The notes under the pieces were generated by a model. That model was not told where the DNA came from and ran no database searches. It saw nothing but the letters and a program-made list of their open reading frames with translations. Below are positions 12,096 to 25,699 of a stretch of DNA of 64,000 nt, one piece after another (positions within the stretch are counted from its first letter, which is position 1; every line of letters starts with the position of its first letter). This DNA comes from Octopus sinensis. Taxonomy: Eukaryota. The stretch covers positions 98,332,001 to 98,396,000 of the forward strand of contig NC_042997.1 in NCBI RefSeq assembly GCF_006345805.1, in the 5' to 3' direction. Made by a program: the position numbers and the translations under genes.

Positions 12096-13906
12096 TAGTT
12101 TTATAGCGTGCTTTCACTTCACTACCGAGCGCAGCTCTGTGTGCCTTGGGTATGTGCTGTGATTTGTTGTGATGCTCTGATGGTTATTGTATGGAAAGTG
12201 TTCTGCGTAGGATGTGTGCAGTGCCTAGTAGTGCAATTTTCTGTATGTTATATGTGTTTGTAAGTCCTGGTGTTTTTGTTATGTATTTGTCTGAATATTT
12301 TTTTATCATGCCTAATGCACCTACTATGATAGGAATTGTTTCTGTTTTTAGATTCCACATTCTGGTTACCTCCAATTCCAGGTCTTTGTATTTTGAAAGT
12401 TTCTCCATTTCTTTTAGAGACACGTTGTCATCTGCCGGTATTGATACATCAATTAGAAAGCATTTTTTTCTTCATGATCTCTGACAACTATATCTGGTCT
12501 GTTGGCCTTAATTTCTCTATCTGTGTGTATCGGCATATCCCACAGTATGGTTGCTTTCTCATTTTCTGTGACCTTTTCTGGTATGTGCCTATACCATCTT
12601 TTTTCTGTTGTTATTTCGTAATGTTGGCATAGCTTCCAGTGTATGTAGGTTCCAACTCTGTCATGTCTGTGAATATATTCCTTCTTAGCCAGGACTGGGC
12701 AGCCAGAGATAATATGATTTATTGTTTCTTGTCCATCTCCACATATTCTGCAGTTACTTGTAATATTTCTTTTCATTACATGTTTTTGGTAATTTCTGGT
12801 GGGGAAGCTTTGGTCTTGTGCTGCAATTAAAAATCCCTCTGTCTCTGCTTTGAGTCCTGAGCTTCTCAACCATTGCTGGGATTTTTCTTTGTCTATTTCT
12901 TTTGCATTTAGTTTAGTCCAGTATTTACCATGAAGGGGCTTTTCTTGCCATCGTTTTATCATGGTTCGTTGCTGTTCTATTTTTAGTTTGGATTTCATTT
13001 GTTTTATAGCTTTTGTTGTTTCTTCATCTTCTTCTTCTTTTTCTTTATATTTGTTAGGTGGTATGATTTCTTGTTTATATTTGTCAGCTTCCTTGAATAC
13101 TGAGAACAGTTTTTTGTTTTGCTCGTGTTTTGCCGCTATTTGTATCAGTTTTCCTTCCTTCTGAAGTAGATATTTTTGCAATCCTATGGTGGTTATTTTA
13201 TAGTAGTTTTCCAGCTGTATAATGCCTCTACCACCTTCTGTAGTTGTATATATAGTCTTTCTATGTCAGATTTTGGTTGATGCATCCTAGACCCTGTCAT
13301 TATTTTTCTTGTTTTCCTATCTATTTTGGTCAGTTCATTTAGTGTCCAGTTAAGGATATTGTAGCTGTAACTTATAACTGGGACAGCTAAAGTGTTGATA
13401 CCTATTATCTTGTTTTTAGCATTGAGCTCTGTTTTTAGTATTGATCTAACTCGTCTATAATATTCTTTTTTATTTTCTCTTTCATTTGTGTGTGTTGTGT
13501 CTTATCTAGTTCATGGATTCCTAAGTATTTGTAAGTTTGGCTTTGGTCTAATTCTTTTATTTCATTGGTTTTATCTAGTGTGATGTTGCTACTCTTAACT
13601 AGTTTTCCTCTTTTCATGGTTACTTTGGCGCATTTTTCTAATCCAAATTTCATATCTATTTCTTTGGTAAATCCATGAACTGTCTTTAATAGTGTTTCCA
13701 GCTGTTTGTCATTTGCAGCGTATAGCTTTAGGTCATCCATATATAAAAGGTGGCTGATCGTTTTGCCGTAACATTTATATCCGCATCCAGTTCTATTTAG
13801 CATATCAGATAGAGGTGACAGTGCCAAGCAGAAAAGGAGTGGAGAGAGCGTGTCTCCCTGGAATATTCCTCTTCTAATGGGGATGGCTTTGGTTTTCATG
13901 AGTCCC

Positions 13907-13907
<1 letters not shown>
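12093..13907 (-). mobile_element. 5'-truncated R4/Dong-clade LINE (RT plus restriction-like endonuclease) in (TAA)n
   Basis: RRGIFQGDTLSPLLF, HLLYMDDLKLY, CRIC..ETINHIISGC, RHD, RPDIVV, EKLSKY; (TTA)n at both ends. Confidence 0.9.
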
Positions 13908-13946
<39 letters not shown>

Positions 13947-14145
13947 GAGGAGGAGGAGGAAGAGGTGAAGAAGAGGAAGAAGGAGAAGAAGAAGAAGGAG
14001 GAGGAAAAGGAGAAGAAGAAGAAGAAGGAGGAGAAGGAGAAGAAGAAGAAGAAGAAGAAGAAGAAGAAGAAGAAGAAGAAGAAGAAGAAGAAGAAGAAGA
14101 AGAAGAAGAAGAAGAAGAAGACGAAGAAGTTGAAGAAGAAGAAGA
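13908..14145. repeat. (TTA)n and (GAA)n microsatellites
   Basis: Direct inspection. Confidence 0.95.
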
Positions 14146-15097
14146 TAAATGAGAATGAAATCATCTATAGCTCTTTTCTGCGTTTCGTATTGCTACAATA
14201 TGGGAACCATTTGTGCTGAGGGAAATAGAAATACAAACAAAATGGGAACAAGCAGTTGAACTCGTTTAATAACTAAAGTCAACATTTGCCAAAAATGATA
14301 ACAAAAATGGTAATATTAATTTAAATGATAACAAAAATAATATTAAAAATGATAACAAAAATAATATTAAAAATGATAACAAAAATGGTAATATTAATGA
14401 TAATTATGGTGTTATTAGTAATGATAATTTTAGTGATAATAGTCATTATTTCAATGGCAATTTGCAATGATAGAACTCAACTTCTTTTCACATCGATTCG
14501 GCAATTCTGGTTTCTTAATTACAAAACAGAGTTTTATAATGATACTTTCTAGGTTCACGAATATATTTAAATACTTGAGCCTGGGGATATGCTTGAGTGA
14601 ATATTATTAGAGTATTATGAATATTATTTTATAATAACATCTATATTCATGCCTTTTATAAAATAAATTTCTTTTAATTTAGTGCTTTAAAAAAATATTA
14701 ACTTTAGAGCACTGCAATTATGAAATAATGGTTTTTATTACAAAGTACAATGACCATCTCTGGTCATTGAAAGATATTCCAAGTAGACAGATTTTCTTTG
14801 ATTATGTTTAGGTTGGTGTCTATATGTTCGAGGAATTTAAATGAAGACTGCTTGGTAAAGAAAGCAGTCATGGTTTCACAGATCATGTATGACATTAATG
14901 CATACGTTTGATGTTATATAATATGATTCGGACAAATATTTAATTGAAAGTATTTTCAGACGATACGATGACATATACCGAGAGGATTGCAAGGGATGTA
15001 ACACAAATTTCTGTTGATTATTATTATTATTATTATTAATTCTTTGTTAGTAAATCTTTGGTTCCATACGATGTCCATGTTTTCGATGTTTGTGGAT

Positions 15098-15251
15098 AGA
15101 AAATTGCACTACTAGGCACTGCACACATCCTACGCAGAACACTTTCCATACAATAACCATCAGAGCATCACAACAAATCACAGCACATACCCAAGGCACA
15201 CAGAGCTGCGCTCGGTAGTGAAGTGAAAGCACGCTATAAAAAATAAAACTA

Positions 15252-15350
<99 letters not shown>
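15098..15350 (+). mobile_element. Dong LINE 3' end with (TAA)n tail
   Basis: Near-identical to the reverse complement of 12093-12243. Confidence 0.9.
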
Positions 15351-15875
15351 TATCAACAGAAATTTGTGTTACTCATTTAAGCCCAAACTGCAAAATTCAC
15401 ACTGCAGACATGTTTTTTGCACAAAACCACAAAACACCCTACAAGCCCATCTACACACGTTAACACACATAGATATATACAATCACTCTGTTACTTCTGC
15501 TAAATATTAATGAAAATATACATATACTCATATTATTAGTTCTACTTTTCCTCTTTGAATCAACATATCTGCAACTGTTTAATTATATATGTCGTTGCAT
15601 GTGGGTATGTGAAAGCGTACTTGTGCACCTGTGAGATTGATTGTGTTTGTGCGTTTGTTCCTACACAAATATCACAAATATATTGTCATTACAAAGGTTT
15701 TGTCACTTTATGTTTTGTCCAATACAGTTCAGTCATTACTGGCAAAAGATCAATTGTAGCCATTTATAAATCATTGGCGAATGAAATTTGTTTCACACAC
15801 GAAGAACTTTAGCGCTGTATTTTTGCAGGTCATATTGAAATATGTATATCTATACACACACACACACACACACAC

Positions 15876-15964
<89 letters not shown>

Positions 15965-16002
15965 CATAAAATTAAAATAAGCAACAGATTATCAAGTAGT
16001 GA

Positions 16003-16086
16003 TGCAGTACGATCTTTCAAACGACTTCATTTAATTTAACAATGCAATCTTACATCAATTTAAATTCAGTGCCATCGTCAGCTGCA
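16003..16086 (-). ncRNA. Partly decayed type I hammerhead
   Basis: tgcag-CTGACGA-tggc...gtcgttt-GAAA-gatc-GTA-ctgca; stem III lacks one C relative to the related half copy at 31258-31297. Confidence 0.65.
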
Positions 16087-17051
16087 CAAATAAATAAATG
16101 GAATTTTAACAAATAGGACACAATATAATTTTTCTCAAATATTTTAAAACAATAAGGAGGAAGAAATTCATTTTGGGGCTATTGTACCTAAGAATAGACT
16201 ACACGTCTAAGAATCATATGCAGCATAGTGAGGTCATAGGGTTGTAAGTGATTGTAATTCATTTCTAATTCACTTATCTCTTCAATTACTAAATCCAAGA
16301 CTAGAAGACTAAATCCAAGACTAGAAGACTAAATCAATTACTAAATCCAAGACTTGCCGACAGACAAAAAAACTTTCGAGGGGACAATTGACTCAGTCGG
16401 CGTAGTCTTCACGCTGTCAACGGCGACCTCCCGTCTCTGATGCATGAAACCGACAACAGCTTACCCCCGCCACCCACCGTCGGTACGTTACAAACACTCA
16501 TTTTCTCGTACTCGAATTCTCCGTTGGGTTCTGTTATATTATTACACATATCTTCTCCAAGATGAGAAGTTTACTGATTTATTTCATTATTGTATTTTTC
16601 AAATAATACATTTATTGTCATCATTTAAAATCTCATTTGTTTCTTCTTGTTGTCCTTGCAGCCAAACGCTTACCTATTTCTGCTTTTATCATCATCATCA
16701 TTATCACCCACATTATACAAGTCATTAGCCATCTGGTATTATTGCAATTGTAATATGAAATACGAGGCTACCGAATACAACAAAAGGTCTGCCATTAAAA
16801 ACATAGAATTATTCAGATGTAAAATTTTAAATTTTATTCCTAGGAAATCGGTGGCGTCGACGTGAAGTAACACACTCCATTTTCAGCTATTCATATTTCC
16901 CTTTGTCTTTTCTGGAATAAAAGCATTCGTTGGACATGAGCTAGTTTTTGTTACAAACTTATGCCAGGCAGTTGTCATTTAGTTTGATTTATTTTTATTC
17001 AGATTTGTCTGTTTAACCATCAAAAGTGAAAATAGTAGCTTCCTCTTACTC

Positions 17052-17450
17052 TTTACTTATTTCAGTCATGTGACTGCGGCCATACCGGAGCACCGCCTTT
17101 AGTCGAGAAGATCGACCCCAGGACTTATTCTTTGTAAGCCAAGTACTTATTCTATCGGTTTTCTTTTGCCGAACCGCTAAGTTATGGGGACATAAACACA
17201 CCAGCATCGGTTGTCAAGCGATGTTTGGGGGATAAACACAGACACAGGCATACACACACACACATATATATACATATACATATATACGACGGGCTTCTTT
17301 CTGTTTCCGTCTACCAAATCCACTCACAAGGCTTTGGTCGGCCCGAGGCTATAGTGGAAGACACTTGCCCAAAGTGCCACACTGTGGGACTGAACCTGGA
17401 ACCATGTGGTTGGTAAGCAAGCTACTTACCACACAGAAACTCCTGCGCTT
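17052..17450 (-). mobile_element. SINE family A
   Basis: Matches 1-395. Confidence 0.85.
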
Positions 17451-17849
17451 ACTCATTGTATTTTTTTTTAGTCGATTAAGGAAGCGTTTGAACGTGTATG
17501 ATGTATTTGTAGCAGATTGACTAGAACAATCATTTTTTGTAAAATGATGGTATTTTCTTCATTGACACGTTCATACTCTTTTTCTTTTTGTGACGTTTTG
17601 GAAGGCGTGTTTTGCTGAGAGGCTTCTGCTGAAAGTCGGCTTAACAAAATAAACCCTTCAAAATGTCACTTTTTTTCGCAGAGAAACATTACAAGAAACG
17701 TAGCAATCATATTTTGAGTTAATTAAAATAAATTAAGCAGTAAAAGTCATCTAAAGTTTGAAAAATATGTACAATGCTAATCTATGACGGGAATGTGAAA
17801 AAAATGCAATTTTCTAAGGCAATGAACGACAATGACAACAAGAGTTAAA

Positions 17850-18245
17850 GGCGGCGAGCTCGTAGAAATGTTAGCACGCCGGGAGAAATACTTAGTGGTA
17901 TTTCGTCTGCCGTTACGTTCTGAGTTCAAATTCCGCCGAGGTCGACTTTGCCTTTCATCCTTTCGGTCTCGATTAAAGAAGTACCAGTTACGCACTGGAG
18001 TCGATATAATCGACTTAATCCGTTTGTCTGTCCTCGTTTGTCCTCTCTATTTTTAGCCCCTTGTGGGTAGTAAAGAAATAGGTATTTCATCTGTCGTTAC
18101 GTTGTGAGTTTAAATTCCGCCGATGTTGACTTTGCATTTCATCCTTTGAGGGTCGATACATTAAGTACTAGTTGCGTACTGGGGTTGATCTAAACGACTT
18201 GCCCCTCCCCAAAAATGTCCGGCCTTGTACCTAAAGTAGAAAAGA
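17850..18245 (+). mobile_element. tRNA-derived SINE, family B (internally duplicated)
   Basis: GGCGGCGAGCT..GTTAGCAC head, B box GAGTTCAAATTCC, body repeated twice; 5 copies in the window. Confidence 0.85.
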
Positions 18246-19220
18246 ATGGCAACAAGAGTTGTAAAAGCATCAACAACAAGATTGATGATGACGACTGTTT
18301 ATAAAACACAAAAGGCTCGTACGTACATGCAATAAACATTACAAAGGTGGGGATTTACAATACAAGTAGTTCGACAGACTTTTGTAAAAAATAGTGAACG
18401 GGTGAAGACATTATAGAATAGTTGGGTTAAAAATTTTGTAAACGACATGGAACAATCATAAAATTATTTGAAGCTACACTGATATGAAACAATATATAAT
18501 GATAATCCTAAAATAATGGAAAACATTTTTGAAGCCCCTTGCTCACATATATCAGGGAGAACTTACTAGTCTGGCTCACATCATATCTCTATCCCTCTGC
18601 TCCCACTACTCGAGCTGAAATTGGTAAAATCAAGGTTCTCATTAAAATATTATCTTTGTTTTAGTTTTGCTTTTTTAGTCGCGTAGATTATTCCAATTTA
18701 CTGTATTCGGCTTCTTTGTGTAAATTAACGAGTGCTGTCAAACTCTTTATTAACATTCTGTCAACTGACTGCATATAGATGTCGTCTAATTTTCACTCTT
18801 CGTTACAACATGTTATTCACTCTTCATCACTTACCTCATCAACTATGGAACAGAGCATGGTGCAGAATTTGTGGAAAATACGAAGAAATCGTTATGCGTA
18901 TTGCCACTGGGCGCATGGAATTGGCGAAAGCCAAGTACATTCACAGACACATCAAAGTAGTGGCGTTTCTGTACTAGAAATTATGTACTAATTATAAGAT
19001 GAAAATGACTGCGAAATGGTACTATCATCAGTAAAGCATAGTCACTGAAAATAACTCTACTATTCTCTGAGATGTAATCATCTTTTCTAACAGAGAGATT
19101 TGAAAAATAACATGTGTGACACCGTTATCAATGAATGAGAATAAGTAGTGCATACTTCTCAAGAGCGGTAGAAGTGTCTTCAAAATGAATCATCCAGGAT
19201 GTGAGGCATCAGAGTAAATA

Positions 19221-20092
19221 TATTGTGTTGAGAAATAATTCATGAGCGTTTTTCAAACGTTGTCGTCTTGCAGAAGAACGCCATTTCACCTATTCGGTCG
19301 TTTTTGCTGAATTACTTTGTTGAGCCGGTGTAGTTGTTGAATGTAGAGCTCTGCATTGAGTGTTTGGTTGCGCTCAAGCAGTTCGTAATTTATTATGCCT
19401 CCTTCCCAGACCCACCATACACACAACATACTCTTTAGTGGGTGAAGGTCTTGTTTTGCTCTTGGAGTTGTTTGTGACTATGTGTTGAGCGATATCGGGC
19501 GAGCAAACTGTTGGTGATTGTGGAGCGTTGATTTTAGTTATTTTCGCTCAAAGTGTGTGGTATCCAAGCGCCAAGTTTCTGAACCTTACCGACTGAGTGA
19601 AGATGGTTCATCACAGTCTTTTTATCTCAATCCATCTACACTTCTAATTCTCCGATCGTTTTACGCGCATTTTCGTGAAGTTGATTCAATCGCACTTCAT
19701 CGAACTCAGTTGGTTAACTGGTGTGTGATAATTCTTTGAGGTGAAAACTCCTATTTTTGAAGTGCGAAAAACAAAGGCAGGCGGCATATTGAAGCACAGC
19801 TCCTTCTCCATAGACAGCTCAAATCACACGAGCAGCTTCTGTGGCCTTAACACCTCGATTAAATGCAAAAAGCAAATGGTATCGAAAATACTCGGTTTTG
19901 TTCACTTGACATTCCAATTTAATGATCTGAAAATAGACAAAAATCAACGAAATTAAAAAATCAAAACACACTATTTTGTAGAGCAATAAATTCTCTTTTT
20001 AAAAAACTATAGAACATTTTGCAACGTGCTTTATTTCTGCGTGCATTTTGGAATTTGAAAGAAAACACCCATGAATTATTCCTCAACCCAAT
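19221..20092 (-). mobile_element. Internally deleted mariner element
   Basis: TIRs tattgtgttgagaaataattcatgagcgtttt / aaaacacccatgaattattcctcaacccaata; residual TPRAKQDLHPLKSMLCVWW. Confidence 0.8.
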
Positions 20093-21308
20093 AGTACTAA
20101 CCAGAATTGGAATATAAGTTATGATTAAATGCATATGAACAAAATATTAAAACCCATAACAAACAATGTTACACACAGTCTAAATGACAGTGACGTATGA
20201 GAGTTTAGATTTAGAGGCCCAGAGGTCGGTGGGGTTTGATTAAACTCAGGGGCTGACCCTAATGCCAAACACTCTAGCTAAATCACTACTAAATGATAGC
20301 ACTGTTCAACATCGCCCACGTTCCCCAAAATATATTATCGATTAACTTCAACAACCGAAAGCGCACCTTATTTACACACTACACTCCACAGCACACTTAC
20401 ACCAGATATATTCTTACACACTCACTGCTAGACACTACAACACCAACAAATCATACGACTCGCCTACAACAAAATAAACAACTAAAAGCATAAGACAGCC
20501 ATCATAGCACGTAATTTATGCAAACTGCACCTGCCGCTAAATCACGTAACATCAATCACGCAACACATACGAAACTGAAATACAACACAACAAATTAGCA
20601 GTCACAGTAAGATACAATAGAAACCCGAATTAAATTCCTCAAGACACGGTAACTAATAATATTAATCAATTGTTACATTTGCATAATTTTTTTTATCGCA
20701 CACTATTTAGGTTTCTTCGCCATCTGCGTTTTCATGTCTATGGCACAGATTATTAAAAATTTTATCATTATTTATCATTCTTCTTTTTAACTACTCCTAC
20801 ATATATAATCAATATATACGTTTCATTCGAAACTAATTTGATCTTAGTTTAGCTCTTTGATATATATTTACATAGGTTTTATATAACATGGTATATGTTC
20901 TATGAATTTTATGGTATTTTGCCTTCTGTACTCTTTTACTCTTTTTTTTTACTCTTTTACTTGTTTCAGTCATTTAACTGCGGCCATGCTGGGGCACCGC
21001 CTTTAGTCGAGCAAATCGACCCCGGGACTTATTCTTTGTAAGCCAAGTACTTATTCTATCGGTCTCTTTTGCCGGACCGCTAAGTGACGGGGACATAAAC
21101 ACACCAGCATCGGTTGTCAAGCAATGCTAGGGGGACAAACACACACACACATATATATACATATATACGACGGGCTTCTTTCAGTTTCCGTCTACCAGAT
21201 CCACTCACAAGGCATTGGTCGGCCCGGGGCTATAGTAGAAGACACTTGCCCAAGGTGCCACGCAGTGGGACCGAACCCGGAAACATGTGGTTGGTTAGCA
21301 AGCTACTT

Positions 21309-23621
21309 TATTTCATAACATTTGCCATAAAGGCAGTACATAGAGTAAGTTAGCTTCGCGGGCTGGACGAGGACATTAATGAAATGAATGATAATGAAAG
21401 AAAGATGATGGGGATGGGAGAAGGCAAAAAGCGCCCGCCGACTTCTGCCTCTCTAAAACATTGTTCTTTTAAAAACAAACACAAAACGAGGTATTAAACT
21501 CTTACAATTTTACAACTTTTCAATTTTTGGACTTAACAGTCCATTACTAACAACAACATAGTTCAATAGTTACATATGATATAAATACAATACACAAAGC
21601 CCCTCCTCCCAGACTTGGCTTACACTTCCCTTAGGAATGCGCCAGCTCTAGGTCGGGGCCCCTCAAGTCGTATCACAATTTATGATTCGTCCTCAAAATA
21701 ACTTGTCCGCACCCTCCGCCATCCACCACGCCTCCCTCAAATGTAATCGAGTTCCGTGTTAGCGTCGCCCGGGACCAAGCTATAATCCTCATTGAGCTCC
21801 TTCAGCCCAAGCGTCATGTCGAACGCCACGACCTCCATAGCTACCTGCGGAGGCCATTCGGGGTCCTGTGTGAAGGCTAAAGGTGCTCCCTTGTGGTGCT
21901 TTTCCATCACCTTTTCAATCTCTCCGCCTCTATGGAAGAGGATCAATACATCGATTTTGCTCGGGTGCGGGATATTCAATTCTTTCGTTGGCGGCACAGT
22001 TCCCGCCAACGGTGTTTCTTTTTCTGTCGGTGGCACAACCCCAACCGACGTAGTTCCGGGACATTCCGGTACTATGTCACCGACTGCCGGTAATGTCCCG
22101 TTTCTCTTCCTCTTTTTCTTTTTTTTCAACTGAGGGAGGGTGCGTCTCCTCCGTGGCCGGAAGATTCGCCTTTCCCTCCTCATCCCTAGTATCCTTTGGT
22201 GAGCACCCATTGTTGCTCACCTTCCTCTTTCGGCCTCTGTTTGAGGAGTCCTCCGCTTCCCCGGCCGTTTTCATTCCCTCTTCTACAGGGGTTTCACTTA
22301 ACTGTTCCGGGATCCTATTTTGTTCCCGGGGACAGTTCTTATTTATATGGCCGGACTCCAAGCACCGATGACACTTGTGGGGCGACCCTCAAGCATCACC
22401 GGGTACCTGCACCCGGCCATTTTCAAAAAATCTGGAAGAACCAGATTGGCTGATTGGGTCCAAAGGGTCAAAATTGCTTTTGACCCAACCCAAGCAGCCG
22501 CAGGAAGAACTTTCACATTAAGGAGCTTAGTTTCGCTGCTACCCAGATCTCGGCGGATAGTCTCCTCTATCCACTCGGGTTTTATCCCGGGTGGCAGCCC
22601 GTAGATCCACGCTTTCGTCAGTCTCTTTTTTTGGTACGTGGGCAGGAATAAAATTTCCTTACCCTCCAGGGGTTTACTAGCAAATTTGCAAGCCTCTTCA
22701 GGGGTGTCAAATAGCAACCACACCGTTGCATATTTGACACCCCTGGAAATGAATTTAATTGTTGGCAAATACTCTGCCAACTCCTTTTCAATTGCCGTCT
22801 TTTCGAATAGGGCGATGGTGTCGAGGGCCTTGGAGTAGGTTCTCAACACCACCGTCCTATCTTCACGGTCTTTTAACCACTTTTTAGGCGGTATAATCTC
22901 CCATTCCAAAATTTTGTCATTTTTCATTGCCATGTTTTTTTGGTTTTTTTTAAAATATATTCAAAATAAACTTAAAAAGCGAGAAGAAAAAAGTTCAAAG
23001 GTCCAAATAAAATTCGATAGATTTTTTGAAAAAACAAAAAGGAGGAAGCACAACAGAAGGGAAGAAATCAACGGAAAGTCGCAATAAACAAAAAAACAAA
23101 AAGGGAAGTTAAATGAAGTTCAAAAGAAAATCAGTAAACAGCAAAACACAGCAAATCTTCTGGCCTTACGGTACTCCCGGCCTGAGTTGAACCTAGAACG
23201 CCGCAACTGGAACACAAAAATTGGTCCAAAAGGTACTCCAAAAGTGGCTCATTCTTATAATTTTCTTGCGAGATACTCCGACAAAGGAATAAATTCAACA
23301 AACCCAACCACAGCACTGGCCACCGCCAACGGTAATTTTAACAGTAACTTTATTGTGTTCTGAGGATACGCCCCTCCACTGTTTTTTTTTCAATAAACAC
23401 AAAAACAGCAGCCGCCGAGAGCAGGCGAAATTGTCTCAGAGTTGGACACAACTTACTGAAAAAATAATTAGCACGCAATAAATTATGCCCAACTCACAAT
23501 AAACAAAATCACTCACCTCGACAACTTTCTGTTTTTGGTCTTTTTTCTGTAATTGGACGGAGCTAGCTAACTCACGTCCACTCTGGCTCAACAGGAAGCA
23601 ACTGACTAACAGCGCATGTGC
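21309..23621 (-). mobile_element. ORF1-only LINE derivative (HAL1-like) with 15 bp TSD
   Basis: TSD at 21294-21308 and 23622-23636; single gag-like ORF; no RT or endonuclease motifs. Confidence 0.8.
21737..22933 (-). CDS. LINE ORF1 / gag-like protein with CCHC zinc knuckle (two frameshifts)
   Basis: ORFs 22343-22933, 22077-22361 and 21737-22210 join at homopolymers; KCHRCLESGHINKNCP near 22325-22375. Confidence 0.75.
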
Positions 23622-24127
23622 GTTAGCAAGCTACTTACCACACAGCCACTCCTGCGCCTGTGTACATTAATTTTCATTAATTTTTGCTATAATAATCTAT
23701 GACTGCATTTAATTAGTGATAATGGATGGCGCATTATATAGTTATTGAAATCACTTGATATAAGTGTATGTATCTTTGTGTATGTGTGTTAGTGTGCGTA
23801 TGCTTGTGTGTGTGTATGTGTGTTTGTGTGTGTACATAATAGCATACCAAGGCATAGACGAAATTTAAAGTAATGGTAAGTCAGATAAACAACCAACTTG
23901 TTAGATATATGAAGACATTGCAGCAAACGTGAATGTGTACACACGATCTATATGTTTATGTATGCACGCCTGCGTGTCTGTGGGCATGCGGATGAGTATG
24001 GTTAGAATACAAGATACATAAGATGTTCCGGTAGCCCCTCATACTCAGATTCTATATCTGTCTACGTATCTCTGCAGTGAGAGCTCATACCTTGTATCTT
24101 TTACTTTTCATCTTCTAAAGAATTCTT

Positions 24128-24455
24128 TTAGTCGAATTAATCGACCGCAGTACATATTCTATTGGTATCTTTTACCGACCCGCTATTAAGGGGGTATAAA
24201 TACACCAGAACTGGTTGTCAAGTGGTGGTGGGAGACAAATATAGTCACAAAGACAGACACACACACATATACATATACATATACATGTATATGTCTATAT
24301 ATACGACGGGCTTCTTTCTGTTTCTGTCAGCCAAACCCACTCAAGCTTTTGGTCAGCCCAAGGATATTGTAGAAGAACTTGCAAATGGTACCACGCAGTC
24401 ACTGAATTCGGAGCCATATGGTTGAGCAGGAAGCTTCTTAGCTCACAGCCATGCC
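24128..24455 (-). mobile_element. Old, decayed SINE family A copy
   Basis: Degenerate match to 1-395. Confidence 0.7.
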
Positions 24456-25054
24456 CAGAAACAAAAATACTGGTTTATACAGTAGTCAGATATAACTATT
24501 TTTGGTATTGTTTCTGTCTTAGTAGTGAAGTCGTTTGGTTAGGTGCAGCCATCTAAGCCGATCTTGCCAGCATTTCTTAACTTTAATCCTTATCATTAAT
24601 GATTGCATCTATGTATTTGAACTGATACACGAAGCTCGAGTGGGTCTAAACCATTTAGCATTACACTACTTTCCATGAAGATAACACAACGGTAGGGAAA
24701 TCACGTCGAAATACAAATTGTGAACGTATTTTTTACTTGATAATCTTGACAATCTCATCTCTACTCATGTCCAGTGAGAATCACAGTCAGTTTAGCAGCT
24801 TTCAGCAGTAGCACACATCTATATTGTCTGAGAATCTCTTGGGACAGGAGCGGTTACATGAGTGGATTGTAGATTGTCAAACTATTTATTAAGCGTATGT
24901 TTCTGTCTATTATTTCAGGAATTACATTTGCTCAAAGGCAACGTAGTGTAATTAGTCACAGAGTAGCTGAGCCAAAGATTAACTGCGTTGCTCGCCTTTG
25001 GTGGGGTGGATTTACAATTTCAGACGTCCCACATACAAATACACACACACACAT

Positions 25055-25122
<68 letters not shown>

Positions 25123-25525
25123 CAAATAGATGAGTGTATTTTTACCTTGTTAACAAATAACACGGAAAAAATAAATAAATAGTTACCAGGATAGCAAAAA
25201 ATCTCACAAGTAAAGAGGCTGTAACTCCTTGTTTATAAAAGTAGAAAGTTCGTGTTTACGTGGAATTTTTTGTATAATATATGAATAAATAAGTGGAGTT
25301 TAACGCAGGTATAAATCAAATATTTCTAGACGGCTGGATGGTATTAGCTAAATTAAAGTTAGTATTAGTAAATATATTAATATTTAACAGTTTGTTATGT
25401 GAAGAGATAATTTGTAAGAGATTTTTTGTGTTGGAAAAACCGATCCTAACCGTATGTGAATTGATAATAGAGTAATACCTAGAGTTCTTTGGAAAAATAT
25501 TTGATTTATACCTGCGTTAAACTCC

Positions 25526-25601
<76 letters not shown>

Positions 25602-25699
25602 GAATAAATATACATACAAAACCTTGTACATTTTTATGAATTTTATGGTAATTTACCATTTGTATATGCATATATAATTTAATTAAAGGACACAATACA

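Larger units (their letters stand above)
20957..23659 (-). mobile_element. SINE family A split by a nested insertion (20957-21308 plus 23622-23659)
   Basis: The two parts rejoin at the duplicated sequence GTTAGCAAGCTACTT. Confidence 0.9.

Noticed and set aside
14295-14400. 24 bp AT-rich tandem, and short tandems at 16285-16352 and 51795-51840, as CRISPR-like arrays
   Set aside because: They are simple slippage minisatellites with no unique spacers, in a eukaryotic context
18732-18991. Short ORFs that might be a host exon
   Set aside because: No recognisable homology or convincing splice pair
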